The notes below the pieces were generated by a model. That model was not told the origin of the DNA. It was given only the letters and a program-made list of their open reading frames with translations, and ran no database searches. The translations under genes and the position numbers were made by a program. From Candidatus Poribacteria bacterium (GTDB lineage: Bacteria > Poribacteria > WGA-4E > WGA-3G), in contig CBDANF010000003.1 in assembly GCA_965197475.1 (NCBI GenBank), forward strand, positions 2,816,001-2,880,000: a stretch of 64,000 nucleotides of DNA. The letters are read 5' to 3'. Of this stretch, positions 51,285-62,887 are shown piece by piece (positions within the stretch are counted from its first letter, which is position 1; each line of letters opens with the position of its first letter).

Positions 51285-54200
51285 CTATTCCGATTTCAGA
51301 GTTGATAATAACGGACTTCTGAGTGCAAACGAAACAGCAATTGCATTTGCAATTATACCAAAACCGAAGATGAATAACAAGGTAATCGTTAAGGATAGCC
51401 ATGGGAAAGCGGGTAGATGCCCTTGTGAGCCGAGAATCGCAACTAATCCCGCTACGACACCGATTAGCATTCCTACAGCAAGAAGAAAGCAGCTTTCAAG
51501 AAACAACATTCGTGACAGCAATTCTCGACGAAAACCGAATGCCCGAAGTGTTGCTAATTCTCCGTGACGTTCCATAATATTTCTTAATAAAACTAATGCT
51601 AAACCGAATGTACCCAGTAGTACTCCCAAACCTCCAAGGCTCTGAAAAGTAGAGATGTAGGTGTTTTGAACTGCGCGAAAACTTGCCAACCGTTCCGATG
51701 CAGATGTAACATCAAAGCCGTAGTCCCCTAATGTTTTTTCAAGTATTTGCGATGTTCCTTCCCGCAATTCAGGTGGTGTTTTAATCAGAAAAAATTGATA
51801 CCCGCTTTGACTTGGGAAGTATTTCGTAAAATCGGATTCCGAGATGATAAGTTGACTCTGGAAAAGACTATTTTCTATCGTATCAATACTTAAACGCAGC
51901 GGTTTTCCAAATTCATCTTGGATCAGAAAATCTTCCTTTGGGTTATGATGCAAAATCCACTGTAGTGAATTTTGATCACCGATAGCAGGAATTTTACCTT
52001 CGTCAAAGTTCGATAGCTTTAAATTTTCCCAAGGTTTTCCATTTAGTATAGCATCTGATGCACCCAATATCTGCGGTTTCTTTGGTTGGTAGAGATTTAG
52101 ACAACTGACATCTTCCCCTGGTAGAACGCGAAACGGGTATACAACCGATTTAGATAGCACTTCAGAATCTTTGTCAGAAAAACCGAGTTCTAATCTTCCT
52201 TCAGAAGTATTTAGACTATGATGCAAGGATATAGATGATTCAGCGACAAAAGCGTATTCAGTCTCTGGTAGAGCTTCTTGCCTATTTGCCCCTACTGCCA
52301 CGATAATACAGCATGCTAAACTGATAGTCGTAACACATGTATTGCTTCGCGCTGGCTGTCGCGCAGCGTTTTTAATGGCAAAATGCATTCTACTCAGTCG
52401 TTTTGACACCTTCTGTGAACTTAACCACTTTGCAAAAATTGTCCAACCCAAGGAAAGGATTGTGATTGTGAATATTAAGAATTTTACCACTGGATGCTCA
52501 AAAAATGTAACTGTGTCAGAGATTCTTCTTCCAAAAGTAAAATAAGCTATTAATACACCAGTAACGAGTCCAATACAGAAGAAAATAGAACTCATTTTGA
52601 TGTTTTTGGGGGTAAGGTTAGGGTTTGTTCCATCGTCTTTTCGGCTTGCTAAACGGATGCCAAATAGGCCGCAAGCTGCCAGTATGATAACAATAATAAT
52701 CCCACTCCAATCTCCAGTAAAGAGCCTTCCATTGTCCATGGTGCCGAAAAAGAGACCTACGAAAAAAACTGAAATCCTTGCTGTGCTAATTTTTGACACA
52801 ATAACACTCTTTGCTTTCTGTTTTGAATTTGCCTCGCCAAAATCAGTTTGCCCAGCAAGAAGTGATACGGTAGAAATCTTTCCCAATTTTCCGACAGTCG
52901 TACGGATAGAGAACATCACAACGGCAAGTGAAATGAGCACCCCTGCAAGTAAACTCCAGACACTAACGTGAAGTTTCAAAAACGCTGTTCCGATAGCGGG
53001 TAGCCACCACGTTTGTAACCCAAATATCATCAGCTGTGCATATCCAATAGCGAGTAAACATCCTAATAAACTACCGAGACCAGAAATGATACCGCCTTCT
53101 AAAAGGAAACTGCGGCGGATTTTGGCAAGCGGATAACCTACTGCTTGTAGAATTCCGATCTCACGCGATCTTTGCTCTACGCCAATACGGAACACCATGC
53201 CAACCAGAAGCGCGACAGCAATGATAATAAATCCACTCATGCTGCTAAATAACATCCCGAAATCTGATGACCCTTTTGCGGATTGAAGTCCTTCTGTCCG
53301 GAGTGATAAAAATTGGAATCCAATCTGTTCTGGATCAATTTCTTTGAGGAATTCAGTTTCAAAAAGTGATCTAGTCGTGCTAATATTCTGATCGGGTACT
53401 TTACCCATCCGAATTGTGGTGAGATCACCGAATCGGTTTTGCCAAAGATTCTTGCCAGTATTCAACGAGATAAATGCTTTTGCAGCAGCCTGATAATCAT
53501 CCCAATATTCCTCGTCCTTAGAACGAATAAGGGAATTATCAAATGGAAAAGGTGGATCCCATTCAAACATATCAGTTGTATCATTTATGCCGGGAAAATT
53601 GGGAATTAAGTCTGTATCCGCAGCGATGTCCTCAATAGGAACAATGCCTTTTAATAGAAACTGTGTTGTTTCTGTAACGTACTCTTCTTCTGCGCTGACA
53701 CTATAGTAGGTAACCTCGATTTTATCCCCGACTTTCGCGCCGAGATCGTCCGCTGCCCATCTATTGAGGTAAATTTCAGAATGTTCAGTAGATGGATTGA
53801 GTGCTTTTAATTTGCTTTCTGCTGCACGCAGTTCCTCTTCAGTCGTGTATCTACTAAGTAGGTCTGCAAATTCTCCTTTTTCAACAGGAAGTGCTAAGAT
53901 TGTTGAATATGGAACTTTTTTGGGAGCAATACTTGACTCTTCTTGCGATGGGGCAATAATTGATATTGTATTTGCAAGGTATGTGAGGGTGGGGAGCGTC
54001 GAAATACCATTCTCAGATGCCACCTGTAACGCTGCTTCAGATAATACCGGTTCTATAAGATACTGCTGACTTTGCAGGTCGAAATGGTTCTCATGCTCAT
54101 TAATGCTTAAACCGAGTCCATCTAAGCTTAACATGAGAGATTCCGGTAAGATTGGCTCAGTTTCCGTTGTAAACAGAGCGTTTACTTTACCTGTTTGTGC

Positions 54201-54839
54201 AAGTGCTTTTTGCAAAACGGGCAGTTTGATATATGCATTCAGAGGTAGGCTTTGATGTGTGTTGAGACTGAATCTTCCTGCATTCTCAGTCGGGATGATG
54301 TCATTTATCACCAAGCGGATGCTTTTAATAACATCTGCCAAGTCTCTCTTACCAAGAAGAAATTCAGGATGGATTTCAACCGCATTCGGAAAATTAACAA
54401 GGAGCGCATCACCAATTTGGACATTAAGTTCCTTTTGAAGTGTTTCGTTAATAATTATATCCGCAAAAGGTTGATTTGATGTTTCGTTCCAATTGGGAAC
54501 TGAAGTCTCATCCCATAAACTGAAGAAATTATCTTCAACACCGTAGATGTTAACTTTTGATGCACGGTTTTCGGTTTTGGTGGCAACAACTGTCCCGTTG
54601 AGCAGAATCGCAGGTGCCAAGTTTTCAAGGTTTATTATTTCTTGTTGAAAGAAATGATCGGTAATAAGGGCATGTTGGATGCTACCGAGGCGTTCTAATG
54701 TGATATCCCGTAAACTCCCCCGCATTGAATCCCCAACAATTAATGCCCCTGCAAGCACCCCTGTTGCCACAGCCGTGCAAAGCGCAACTGTAAGATGAAT
54801 TTGCCAATGGTGTTTAGCGGTTACCCAAAGATTACGCAT
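51285..54839 (-). CDS. ABC transporter permease (FtsX/MacB-like, two modules)
   Basis: EQRSREIGILQAVG and ERHGELATLRAFG motifs. Confidence 0.9.
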   Translation of the reverse strand: MRNLWVTAKHHWQIHLTVALCTAVATGVLAGALIVGDSMRGSLRDITLERLGSIQHALITDHFFQQEIINLENLAPAILLNGTVVATKTENRASKVNIYGVEDNFFSLWDETSVPNWNETSNQPFADIIINETLQKELNVQIGDALLVNFPNAVEIHPEFLLGKRDLADVIKSIRLVINDIIPTENAGRFSLNTHQSLPLNAYIKLPVLQKALAQTGKVNALFTTETEPILPESLMLSLDGLGLSINEHENHFDLQSQQYLIEPVLSEAALQVASENGISTLPTLTYLANTISIIAPSQEESSIAPKKVPYSTILALPVEKGEFADLLSRYTTEEELRAAESKLKALNPSTEHSEIYLNRWAADDLGAKVGDKIEVTYYSVSAEEEYVTETTQFLLKGIVPIEDIAADTDLIPNFPGINDTTDMFEWDPPFPFDNSLIRSKDEEYWDDYQAAAKAFISLNTGKNLWQNRFGDLTTIRMGKVPDQNISTTRSLFETEFLKEIDPEQIGFQFLSLRTEGLQSAKGSSDFGMLFSSMSGFIIIAVALLVGMVFRIGVEQRSREIGILQAVGYPLAKIRRSFLLEGGIISGLGSLLGCLLAIGYAQLMIFGLQTWWLPAIGTAFLKLHVSVWSLLAGVLISLAVVMFSIRTTVGKLGKISTVSLLAGQTDFGEANSKQKAKSVIVSKISTARISVFFVGLFFGTMDNGRLFTGDWSGIIIVIILAACGLFGIRLASRKDDGTNPNLTPKNIKMSSIFFCIGLVTGVLIAYFTFGRRISDTVTFFEHPVVKFLIFTITILSLGWTIFAKWLSSQKVSKRLSRMHFAIKNAARQPARSNTCVTTISLACCIIVAVGANRQEALPETEYAFVAESSISLHHSLNTSEGRLELGFSDKDSEVLSKSVVYPFRVLPGEDVSCLNLYQPKKPQILGASDAILNGKPWENLKLSNFDEGKIPAIGDQNSLQWILHHNPKEDFLIQDEFGKPLRLSIDTIENSLFQSQLIISESDFTKYFPSQSGYQFFLIKTPPELREGTSQILEKTLGDYGFDVTSASERLASFRAVQNTYISTFQSLGGLGVLLGTFGLALVLLRNIMERHGELATLRAFGFRRELLSRMLFLESCFLLAVGMLIGVVAGLVAILGSQGHLPAFPWLSLTITLLFIFGFGIIANAIAVSFALRSPLLSTLKSE

Positions 54840-54853
54840 AATTTGAATACCCG

Positions 54854-55573
54854 TTAGGACTCTCCTTGTTGTGCATTACGTTTACCGTTCACGGTTTCTA
54901 TAGTGCAAACACCATCACTAAGTTTTAAGCGATTCTGGAACTGTGAAGCCAATTCAAGATTATGTGTCACAACAATTAAGATGTTATGTTGTAAACTGTG
55001 AAGTTCAAATAGCAAATCTGCGATGTTCGCTGCAGTCGTAGTATCCAGATTCCCTGTCGGTTCATCACAGAGAAGAATACTGGGTCGGTTTATAAGTGCG
55101 CGGGCAATTGCAACCCTTTGACGTTCACCACCGGAAAGTTCGGCGGGGCGATGCGACATACGATCTATTAATCCGACTCGTTTAAGGAGATCTTCTGCCT
55201 GTTGCGTGACATCAGGATTCTTCTTGAATGCAAGGGTGGGAATGAGAACATTTTCAAGCACGGAATACTGAGGTAGCAGATGATGATCCTGAAATACAAA
55301 GCCGATCACCGAGTTTCGATAGCGAGCTAACTCAGGTTCAGATAACGTAAATGGATCGGTCCCGTTGATTTCAACTTGTCCATTAGAGGGTTTTTCTAAT
55401 GTGCCGATGATGTGTAGCAGTGTGCTTTTGCCGGAGCCAGAAGGTCCTGTAATCGCGACAGATGATCCAGAAGCGAAACGAAAAGATATATTCCGCAAGA
55501 CTTGAATTGTTCCGAAGTCTTTTGACAGATTTGAGATTTTAAGATGATGCGTCGTATCGGTAGTTTCTTTCAT
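54854..55573 (-). CDS. ABC transporter ATP-binding protein (LolD/MacB-like)
   Basis: GPSGSGKST, LSGGERQRVAIARAL and DEPTGNLD. Confidence 0.95.
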   Translation of the reverse strand: MKETTDTTHHLKISNLSKDFGTIQVLRNISFRFASGSSVAITGPSGSGKSTLLHIIGTLEKPSNGQVEINGTDPFTLSEPELARYRNSVIGFVFQDHHLLPQYSVLENVLIPTLAFKKNPDVTQQAEDLLKRVGLIDRMSHRPAELSGGERQRVAIARALINRPSILLCDEPTGNLDTTTAANIADLLFELHSLQHNILIVVTHNLELASQFQNRLKLSDGVCTIETVNGKRNAQQGES

Positions 55574-55866
55574 TTTTTAGAATAATGGCAAAGTAGTGCA
55601 AAAAAAACTTCGTGTGAATAGCGCGTTATTGAGAGGAATTTTCTCAATTTTTTTGACAGATTTTGATGGTTTGTTATCGGTTGTTCTAAATGTAGGTTGT
55701 TAAGAGTTTATCATAGACCGATGATGACTCGCAATTAAATCATTGTAATATCTGATATAAAACGTTAGATATACAGTATTTGGAACAATTCTAAAATACT
55801 CTTGGTGTGTAAAGTTTTTGACAGTGTAAAACACATCCCTACACATCTGTCGCCCGCTGGGACTAA

Positions 55867-55954
55867 TACCAAATTAGCTTGATACAACTTGTAGGCGCGC
55901 TTTGTCCGCGCGCTGTCTGCCCAGAAAAATAAGATCAATCCCGTTAATTTGATA
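55867..55954. mobile_element. MITE-like element, family 2, copy 2
   Basis: TACCAAATTAGC...CCCGTTAATTTGATA flanked by TAA, with an internal GTAGGCGCGC hairpin. Confidence 0.62.
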
Positions 55955-56260
55955 TAATGCTGTGTCCACTTCCAAGCTGTGAGTTACAACAATAGTCGGG
56001 AATCGGAGTTCCCTCCCGCCGAATGTCATAAGCGCATTCGGCGTTGATTCACAATATGCAACATTTCTGTAGGAGCGATCTCCGAATCGCGACCTTTACC
56101 CATAAAATTTGAGTGGACACAGCACTAAAATGTATGATGACAAATTTTGAAGGAAAATGTATAATTCGCGAAAACGAAACTTTAGACGAGACGTATTGTT
56201 GGAAAGACGCTCTTAAGGACATTGAGAACGCACAAACACTTAAAAGGAAGGAGAAACAGA

Positions 56261-57075
56261 ATGAAACTTCGTATACAAACCTTCACAACTTCATTGACAC
56301 TCGCTGTTATCTTGCTGGCTGGCTGCGCACAGAAAAACATTCCCAGGGAAATCGCTCAATCGGATAAAGCTCCTGTAGACACGCCATCAAAACAGGTGTT
56401 GGGACCGCAACTTTCGGATGCCTTGCCGACGACATTTTCCCCGCCCGAAAATCCTTATGAGGATATTACAATAAATGGGCAAGCCCCACCATTTGAATAT
56501 TACGGTAACGCTGTCTACTGGGTGCTCACATGGAATATAAGACGGTCGGCACACCGGGACAAGAACATACGCTGCCAATACTACCAAATCAGTCCCCGTC
56601 GTCTCGCTACAGAAAGCTAATCCGAGAACTTACTGAAGAACGGGGAGAGGAACTTTCTGCTAAAGAACAGGAGTATATCGCGAATAAGATAGCGTTTGGT
56701 GACTTGCCTCCACTGGATGCAGCTAAGTGTATGTTAGCAAATGCAGGTGGTGGTGATCTCTATCTTCAGGAAGTTGCGCAGCAAGCACTTGATGAAAACC
56801 CTAATGATTTTCACACCCTTCTAATTTGGACAGACGCACAACCGTACGATAGTGAAAACAGAGAAAAAGGGTATCGTCAACTGCTACAAATGCGCCCAAA
56901 CGCCGCGTATGTCCTGCTTATGTTAGGCGAATGTATGAAGTTTAAGAACCGTCAAGAGAGTATTGAACTCTACAAGAAAGCCGCACAATACGCACCAAAT
57001 ACACGACTCGGCGCGCGAGCGACATTAGGTGGTCGAAGTGGGTTCATATACGAGATTGGGCACTTCAGGAGTTAG
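56261..57075 (+). pseudogene. TPR lipoprotein with frameshift(s) near 56490-56525
   Basis: Lipobox LAGC. The downstream frame has ALDENPNDFHTLLIW, matching ALAENPNDFETMLFW of the 34762 paralog. Confidence 0.7.
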
Positions 57076-57258
57076 GGGGAAGGTATTTTTTTAATGGCGA
57101 AAAACAGAAGTCGATCGAAACTTTTAACTATCTACAGCAGATCACAACCGATGAAAAAACACGAGAACGCGCACAAAAGCGGATCGCTGAAATAAAGGAA
57201 GGAAAACGCTTTGGTCGCATCGTCTTTGTAGATGATGAAGATTAAGGAGAAACTATCC

Positions 57259-57615
57259 ATGAATAAGAAATCATTTGTTTTTCTATTGCTTGTTGCTTTT
57301 ATTACTTTTCCGTTTCTTATACATGGTGCACAAGAAGCACCGATCCCAGCAGAATCTTTAGTCTTGGATGTATCAGATAGTTGGGTTCCGAAAAAGGATA
57401 ACTTTATTATTGTAACCGTGACGTTACCCAGTATAGCAGTACATCCAGGCGGATCTGTCTCATTCTCATTGCTTTCAAGTAGCTGGCCTGGGTATTGTAT
57501 GAACGCATATTTTGGAGATGATTTTGATGCAGATCCAAAAAACACCACCCCGATATGTCATTTATACCCTACAACCAGACCGCCATACCCGGCTGCACGT
57601 GGATACCTGGTATAA
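57259..57615 (+). CDS. Secreted hypothetical protein, probably truncated
   Basis: AGGAG RBS and signal peptide. Confidence 0.55.
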   Translation: MNKKSFVFLLLVAFITFPFLIHGAQEAPIPAESLVLDVSDSWVPKKDNFIIVTVTLPSIAVHPGGSVSFSLLSSSWPGYCMNAYFGDDFDADPKNTTPICHLYPTTRPPYPAARGYLV

Positions 57616-57807
57616 ATAGCACAGAAAAAGTGCAGGAAATTACCTTACAATTTGGGGATAACGCAGAAGAGCTGCCGATGGCTGATAGCCGCACAGATCG
57701 CTTCCCTAATACCTCTTTTTAAGACACATCCACAGTGTCAAGTTACTATGATCTATGAAATAGATTGTAAGTACTTCTGCTCAATTTCTCCCCAATGTTT
57801 AAGAAGA

Positions 57808-57836
57808 TTGACTTGAGATGTCCATTGTGATATAAT
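57808..57836 (+). promoter_or_regulatory. sigma70 promoter of argS
   Basis: TTGACT-N17-TATAAT. Confidence 0.6.
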
Positions 57837-57899
57837 TCTGTGACTTGAAAATTTTAGTTCATAAAGGAAAAATGAAAATATACATTTGGTTATGTTGAT

Positions 57900-59609
57900 A
57901 TGGATGAAATCAAATCAGAAATATACAATATATTAAAAGGTGCAATCCGTTCTGCAATTGCTGCAGGGGAACTTCCAATATCGGAGGTTCCCGAAATACC
58001 TTTTTCGCCCACCAAGACTCCCGAACATGGTGATATTGCTACCCCGGTTGCCTTGGGATTGGCAAAAAGTGCGAAGATGGCACCGCGTACGATTGCTGAA
58101 ATTATTAAAAAGCATGTCAATCAAAATAAACACCCGCGCCTCCGTGATCTTGAGATTGCTGGACCGGGTTTTATTAATGTCTACCTTTCTAATGAATGGT
58201 TATACGACACACTCAGGACGATTGTAGAAACAAAGGACGCTTATGGAAGTAGTGAAATAGGGGTTGGAAAGCGGGTTCAAATTGAGTTTGTGAGCGCAAA
58301 TCCGACAGGTCCGCTTAACATAGTGAGCGGTCGCGCAGCTGCTGTAGGTGATACGCTTGTCAACTTACTAAACACTGTCGGTCATGAGGCAATCCGTGAG
58401 TATTATGTCAACGATGCGGGTGGACAAGTGGATCGACTTGGGGAATCAATTGATGTGCGCTATCGGCAAGCATTAGGTGCAGAAGGTTTGGAAATTCCAG
58501 AAGGTGGATATAAAGGAGAATACCTACGTGATTTTGCAGAGATTATCGTGGCAGAAGAAGGTAACGCATATCTGAAACTTAGTCAGGAACAACGGATAGC
58601 ACTTTTCCGAGATAAGGGAATTGTGCACCTGCTTGGACAACAAAAAGCCTCTTTGGAACGTTTTCGTGTTAACTTTGATGTGTGGACAAGCGAAAAAGCA
58701 ATCCGAGACAGTGGAAAACCTGAGGAAATTATTGAACTGTTCGGTGAAAAGAATTACCTTTATGAAGCAGAAGGTGCAACATGGTTTCGCATGACAGATT
58801 TTGGGGATGATAAGGATTGTGTTGTTATCCGAAGCAATGGTGAATATACCTATTTTGTTCCGGATGCCGCCTATCATCGCGATAAATTTGACCGCGGGTT
58901 TAACAAAGTGATTGACCTGCTCGGACCGGATCATCAGGGTCATGTGTCACGACTCAAGAATTTTGTGAAAGCACTCGGTTTATCAGATGATTGGTTGGAA
59001 GTCGCTATCATTCAACAGGTAAATCTGGTTGATTCTGATGGCACTCGGAGGGATATGTCCAAACGACAGGGACAATTTTTTACCCTTGATATGCTCATTG
59101 ATAAGCTTGCTGATGCTGTCGGTGAACAGTTCGCGGTTGATGTGGCACGATACTTTTTCCTGATGCGTGCTAACAATACACATCTCGATTTCAATTTTGA
59201 ATTAGCAATTACACAAGCAAATGAAAATCCGGTTTTCTACATACAGTATGCACACGCGAGATGTTGTAGCATTTTTCAACAAGGACGAGAACAGAAGGTT
59301 GCGTTGAAACCGATTGATGAAGTTTCTCTGGAGCTGCTCACAGAACCGCAAGAACATGAATTGATTCGGAAATTAGCGGAATTTCCATCAATTGTTCTGT
59401 CCAGCGCGGAGGAACGCGAAGCGCATCGAATCCCACATTTTCTAACCGAATTAGCAGGTTTGTTTCATCCATATTATAACCATCATCGAGTCTTAGATAC
59501 ATCACATATCGAACGGACTTATGTGAGACTTATCCTTGTAAAGAGCGTGCAAACGGTGTTAGCAAATGGATTGAAACTGTTAGGCATTTCAGCCCCGGAA
59601 TCAATGTAA
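57900..59609 (+). CDS. argS: Arginine--tRNA ligase
   Basis: AGPGFIN, EFVSANPTGPL, MSKRQG, NPVFYIQYAHAR and LLGISAPESM. Confidence 0.97.
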   Translation: MDEIKSEIYNILKGAIRSAIAAGELPISEVPEIPFSPTKTPEHGDIATPVALGLAKSAKMAPRTIAEIIKKHVNQNKHPRLRDLEIAGPGFINVYLSNEWLYDTLRTIVETKDAYGSSEIGVGKRVQIEFVSANPTGPLNIVSGRAAAVGDTLVNLLNTVGHEAIREYYVNDAGGQVDRLGESIDVRYRQALGAEGLEIPEGGYKGEYLRDFAEIIVAEEGNAYLKLSQEQRIALFRDKGIVHLLGQQKASLERFRVNFDVWTSEKAIRDSGKPEEIIELFGEKNYLYEAEGATWFRMTDFGDDKDCVVIRSNGEYTYFVPDAAYHRDKFDRGFNKVIDLLGPDHQGHVSRLKNFVKALGLSDDWLEVAIIQQVNLVDSDGTRRDMSKRQGQFFTLDMLIDKLADAVGEQFAVDVARYFFLMRANNTHLDFNFELAITQANENPVFYIQYAHARCCSIFQQGREQKVALKPIDEVSLELLTEPQEHELIRKLAEFPSIVLSSAEEREAHRIPHFLTELAGLFHPYYNHHRVLDTSHIERTYVRLILVKSVQTVLANGLKLLGISAPESM

Positions 59610-59632
59610 AACTTTAAGGGAGATTTCCATCA

Positions 59633-60976
59633 ATGGAAGTAAATTATAGAGAAATTGATAAATCCCATGTTTGGCACCCGCTGTTTCAGCACCAACGTCT
59701 TGACGAAACAGATTTGTTGGTTTTTAAATCGGCACATGGTACAACCCTTGTAGATGCAGAGGGAAACGAATATCTTGATGCCTATTCGGCACTCTGGAAT
59801 GTCAACGTAGGTTACGGCAGGCAGGAAATTGCTGATGCTGTCTATGCACAAATGCAAGAATTGCCTTACTATCCACACTCGCAGATAAACGTTCCTGCGA
59901 CTATGTTAGCAGAAAAGTTAGCAGCATGTCTGCCCGGCGATTTGAACCACGTCTATTTTTGTAACAGCGGGTCCGAAGCGAATGAAACAGCAATCAAAAT
60001 TGCACGACAATACGGTAGGCAAACTTATCCAGGTCAAAATCGCTACAAGATAATAAGTCGATATCGTGGTTATCACGGATTTACCTATGGCGCAATGTCG
60101 GCGACAGGACAGGCGCGAAGACGGAAAGCATTTGAACCGCTGGTGCCAGGGTTCCATCACGCCCATCCACCCTACTGCTACCGGTGTCCGCTCGGTTTAG
60201 ACTACCCATCCTGTAATGTTGCATGTGTTGATGAAATTGAACGGATAATTCAGTCAGAAGGACCCGAAACTGTAATTGCAGTTATTGCGGAACCTATCAT
60301 CGGCGGTGGCGGAGTGATTGTGCCACCTGATGAGTATTTCCCCAAATTACGAAAAATCTGTGATGATTACGGGTTGCTACTTATTCTTGATGAAGTGATT
60401 ACCGGTTTCGGACGGACGGGAAAGATGTTTGCTTGTGAGCATTGGGACGTACAGCCTGACCTCATCACACTCGCTAAGGGATTGACAAGTGGATATCTTC
60501 CACTCGGTGCATGTGTTGCATCGACTTCTGTATTTAACACATTCCTTGGGGATTCCGATGAAAATCGGGAATTTTCACAAGTTTGTACTTATGGTGGACA
60601 CCCTGCAGCATCTGCTGCTGGCGTGGCAAACCTGAATATTTTGCAAACCGAACGGCTCTGGGAAAATGCTGCAAAGGTCGGTGGTTATCTACTTGAAAAA
60701 CTAAAGACGTTGGAATCGCTACCTATCGTAGGTGATGTGCGCGGCAAAGGGTTGATGCTTGCGGTTGAACTGATTCAAACCGATGGCGCACATCTTGAAA
60801 CTTCAAAAACGAACAAAATTGTGGGACAATTGAGAGAAAAAGGGGTTATTGTTGGGAAAATCGGTCATGCTATAGACGAACCGGAGAATATCATTTTTAT
60901 TGCGCCCCCTCTTATTCTCACTGAACCAGAAGCAGATATAATTTTTGATAGGTTACGTCAGGTATTTGTCCAATAG
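59633..60976 (+). CDS. Class III PLP aminotransferase
   Basis: [19 protein letters not shown] and LAKGLTSGY. Confidence 0.93.
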   Translation: MEVNYREIDKSHVWHPLFQHQRLDETDLLVFKSAHGTTLVDAEGNEYLDAYSALWNVNVGYGRQEIADAVYAQMQELPYYPHSQINVPATMLAEKLAACLPGDLNHVYFCNSGSEANETAIKIARQYGRQTYPGQNRYKIISRYRGYHGFTYGAMSATGQARRRKAFEPLVPGFHHAHPPYCYRCPLGLDYPSCNVACVDEIERIIQSEGPETVIAVIAEPIIGGGGVIVPPDEYFPKLRKICDDYGLLLILDEVITGFGRTGKMFACEHWDVQPDLITLAKGLTSGYLPLGACVASTSVFNTFLGDSDENREFSQVCTYGGHPAASAAGVANLNILQTERLWENAAKVGGYLLEKLKTLESLPIVGDVRGKGLMLAVELIQTDGAHLETSKTNKIVGQLREKGVIVGKIGHAIDEPENIIFIAPPLILTEPEADIIFDRLRQVFVQ

Positions 60977-61816
60977 AAGTTTTAACTCATGTCGCTTCGC
61001 AATCGGAATCTTATCCGGTTGTGTAGCGATAGAATATTGAAGGGCATTGGCACAAGCGCAATTGCGTTGTTCGTCTGGAATGTTGGAAACTAAATTTTTC
61101 ACGATCTGTTTGGAAATCTCTACATTGGAACGGAGATTGTCAAGAATCATCTCAGTCGTAACGTTATCGTGTTCGGGATGCCAGCAATCATAATCAGTGG
61201 AACATGCAAGGACAGCATAACAGATTTCTGCCTCGCGCGCGAGTTTGGCTTCCGGTGCAGCGGTCATCCCGATGATGTCAAAACCGAGGTGTCGGTACAC
61301 ATTAGATTCAGCTTGTGTAGAAAATGCGGGTCCTTCCATACAGATATAGGTGCCACCGTTATGAACAGTTGCATCGACCTCTGTCGCAGCACTATATAAA
61401 AGTGTGCTCAGGTGTGAACAGAACGGATGCGCAAGGCTAATATGTGCGGCAATTCCATCACCGAAGAAGGTAGATACTCGGTTTTTTGTGTGATCGTATA
61501 GTTGATCGGGTATAACGAAGTGACGTGGTTCAATTTCCTGTTTCAGACTGCCAACAGCACTGATGGAGATAATCCATTCTACACCTAAAGACTTTAAGGC
61601 ATAAATATTAGCACGGACATTAATATCAGAAGGAAGAAGTGGGTGTCCCACTGCATGCCGTGGTAGAAATATGACCGGTTGTTCATCAAGTTTCCCCAAA
61701 ATTAGCGCGTCACTGGGTTTACCAAATGGGGTATCAATTTTGATCGTTTCGATGTCGGTTAAACCTTCTATCTGATAGAAGCCGCTACCGCCAATTATGC
61801 CGATTTTAACATGCAT
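60953..61816 (-). CDS. mtnP: S-methyl-5'-thioadenosine phosphorylase
   Basis: IGIIGGSG, TPFGKPS, MEGPAFST, GMT..PEAKLAREAE and TDYDCW. Confidence 0.93.
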   Translation of the reverse strand: MHVKIGIIGGSGFYQIEGLTDIETIKIDTPFGKPSDALILGKLDEQPVIFLPRHAVGHPLLPSDINVRANIYALKSLGVEWIISISAVGSLKQEIEPRHFVIPDQLYDHTKNRVSTFFGDGIAAHISLAHPFCSHLSTLLYSAATEVDATVHNGGTYICMEGPAFSTQAESNVYRHLGFDIIGMTAAPEAKLAREAEICYAVLACSTDYDCWHPEHDNVTTEMILDNLRSNVEISKQIVKNLVSNIPDEQRNCACANALQYSIATQPDKIPIAKRHELKLLLDKYLT

Positions 61817-61867
61817 ATATTTCTATTCTCCAAAGGAAAGCAAAAGAATTACGCTTTATAATTAACT

Positions 61868-62689
61868 ATGGCATTGTTACAATGTGGAAATTGGATACTT
61901 GAAGGAAAATCAAGTTCAGCTGTTGCGACTTACATCAGGGTAAAAGAACTTGACCTGATTTTTGATTTGGGGAGGTGTCCAATGCGTTTTATCGGTACTA
62001 ATCATGTATTTATTTCGCATTTCCACCTCGACCACTATTTTGGGTTACCAATCTATATAAGTCAGCGTTGGCTTGCAGAAATGCCACCTGGAAATATCTA
62101 CGTTCCGTCAAGCGGGTTCAAGCAATTGAAGAACATCCTCAATAGGATTTCTGACCTTGATACAGGGCGGAACTGGGGTTATCAGATTACGCCAGTAGAA
62201 GTTGGGAACGCTATTCCGTTTCGGAAGAATTTAATCGCTCACATTCTACCGGGGAACCATAGTGTCCCAGCTGTTTCCTATCTGATTTGTGAAATTCGCA
62301 AAAAACTGAAGTCCGAATATCTTGATTTGTCCGGCAGAGAAATCGTGGCACTTAAGCGTTCAGGTGTTGAAGTAACTAACGAGGTGCAACTACCGTTAAT
62401 TGCATACTTGGGTGATACGCAAGGCATTTCACTTGATGTACACCCGTTGCTCAAACAGTGCAAACTATTGATTTGTGAATGTACCTTTATTACCCCTGAA
62501 CATCGTGAACGTGCTAAAAAAACGAAGCACTTACATCTGGATATGTTACCGTCTCTGTTAGAACGTTTTGAGAGTGAATATATCGTTCTAAATCACTTCT
62601 CACGCCGTTACACACCTGAGCTAATTCAAGAAGAAGTCTTCAAACGGTTGCCAGCTTCTGAACATTCCCGTGTTCACTTATTCATATAA
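61868..62689 (+). CDS. Metallo-beta-lactamase-fold RNase Z-like protein
   Basis: SHFHLDH, YLGDT, ICECTF and NHFSRRY. Confidence 0.85.
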   Translation: MALLQCGNWILEGKSSSAVATYIRVKELDLIFDLGRCPMRFIGTNHVFISHFHLDHYFGLPIYISQRWLAEMPPGNIYVPSSGFKQLKNILNRISDLDTGRNWGYQITPVEVGNAIPFRKNLIAHILPGNHSVPAVSYLICEIRKKLKSEYLDLSGREIVALKRSGVEVTNEVQLPLIAYLGDTQGISLDVHPLLKQCKLLICECTFITPEHRERAKKTKHLHLDMLPSLLERFESEYIVLNHFSRRYTPELIQEEVFKRLPASEHSRVHLFI

Positions 62690-62887
62690 CAATACACTCA
62701 CTGTATTTCTATATGTGAATGATTCCGCTTCCTGCTACCGCTATTTTTAGGAGGATTCTCCTAAGAGAAGACGGTTTGAAATTGTATAACTTCTACTTCA
62801 GACAAAGCAAGATCGGTTATCAAGGTTTATTGCGACACCATTGAAATTTTGTTTGTCTTCATAGAAAGTTTTAAACCATCAAAATCC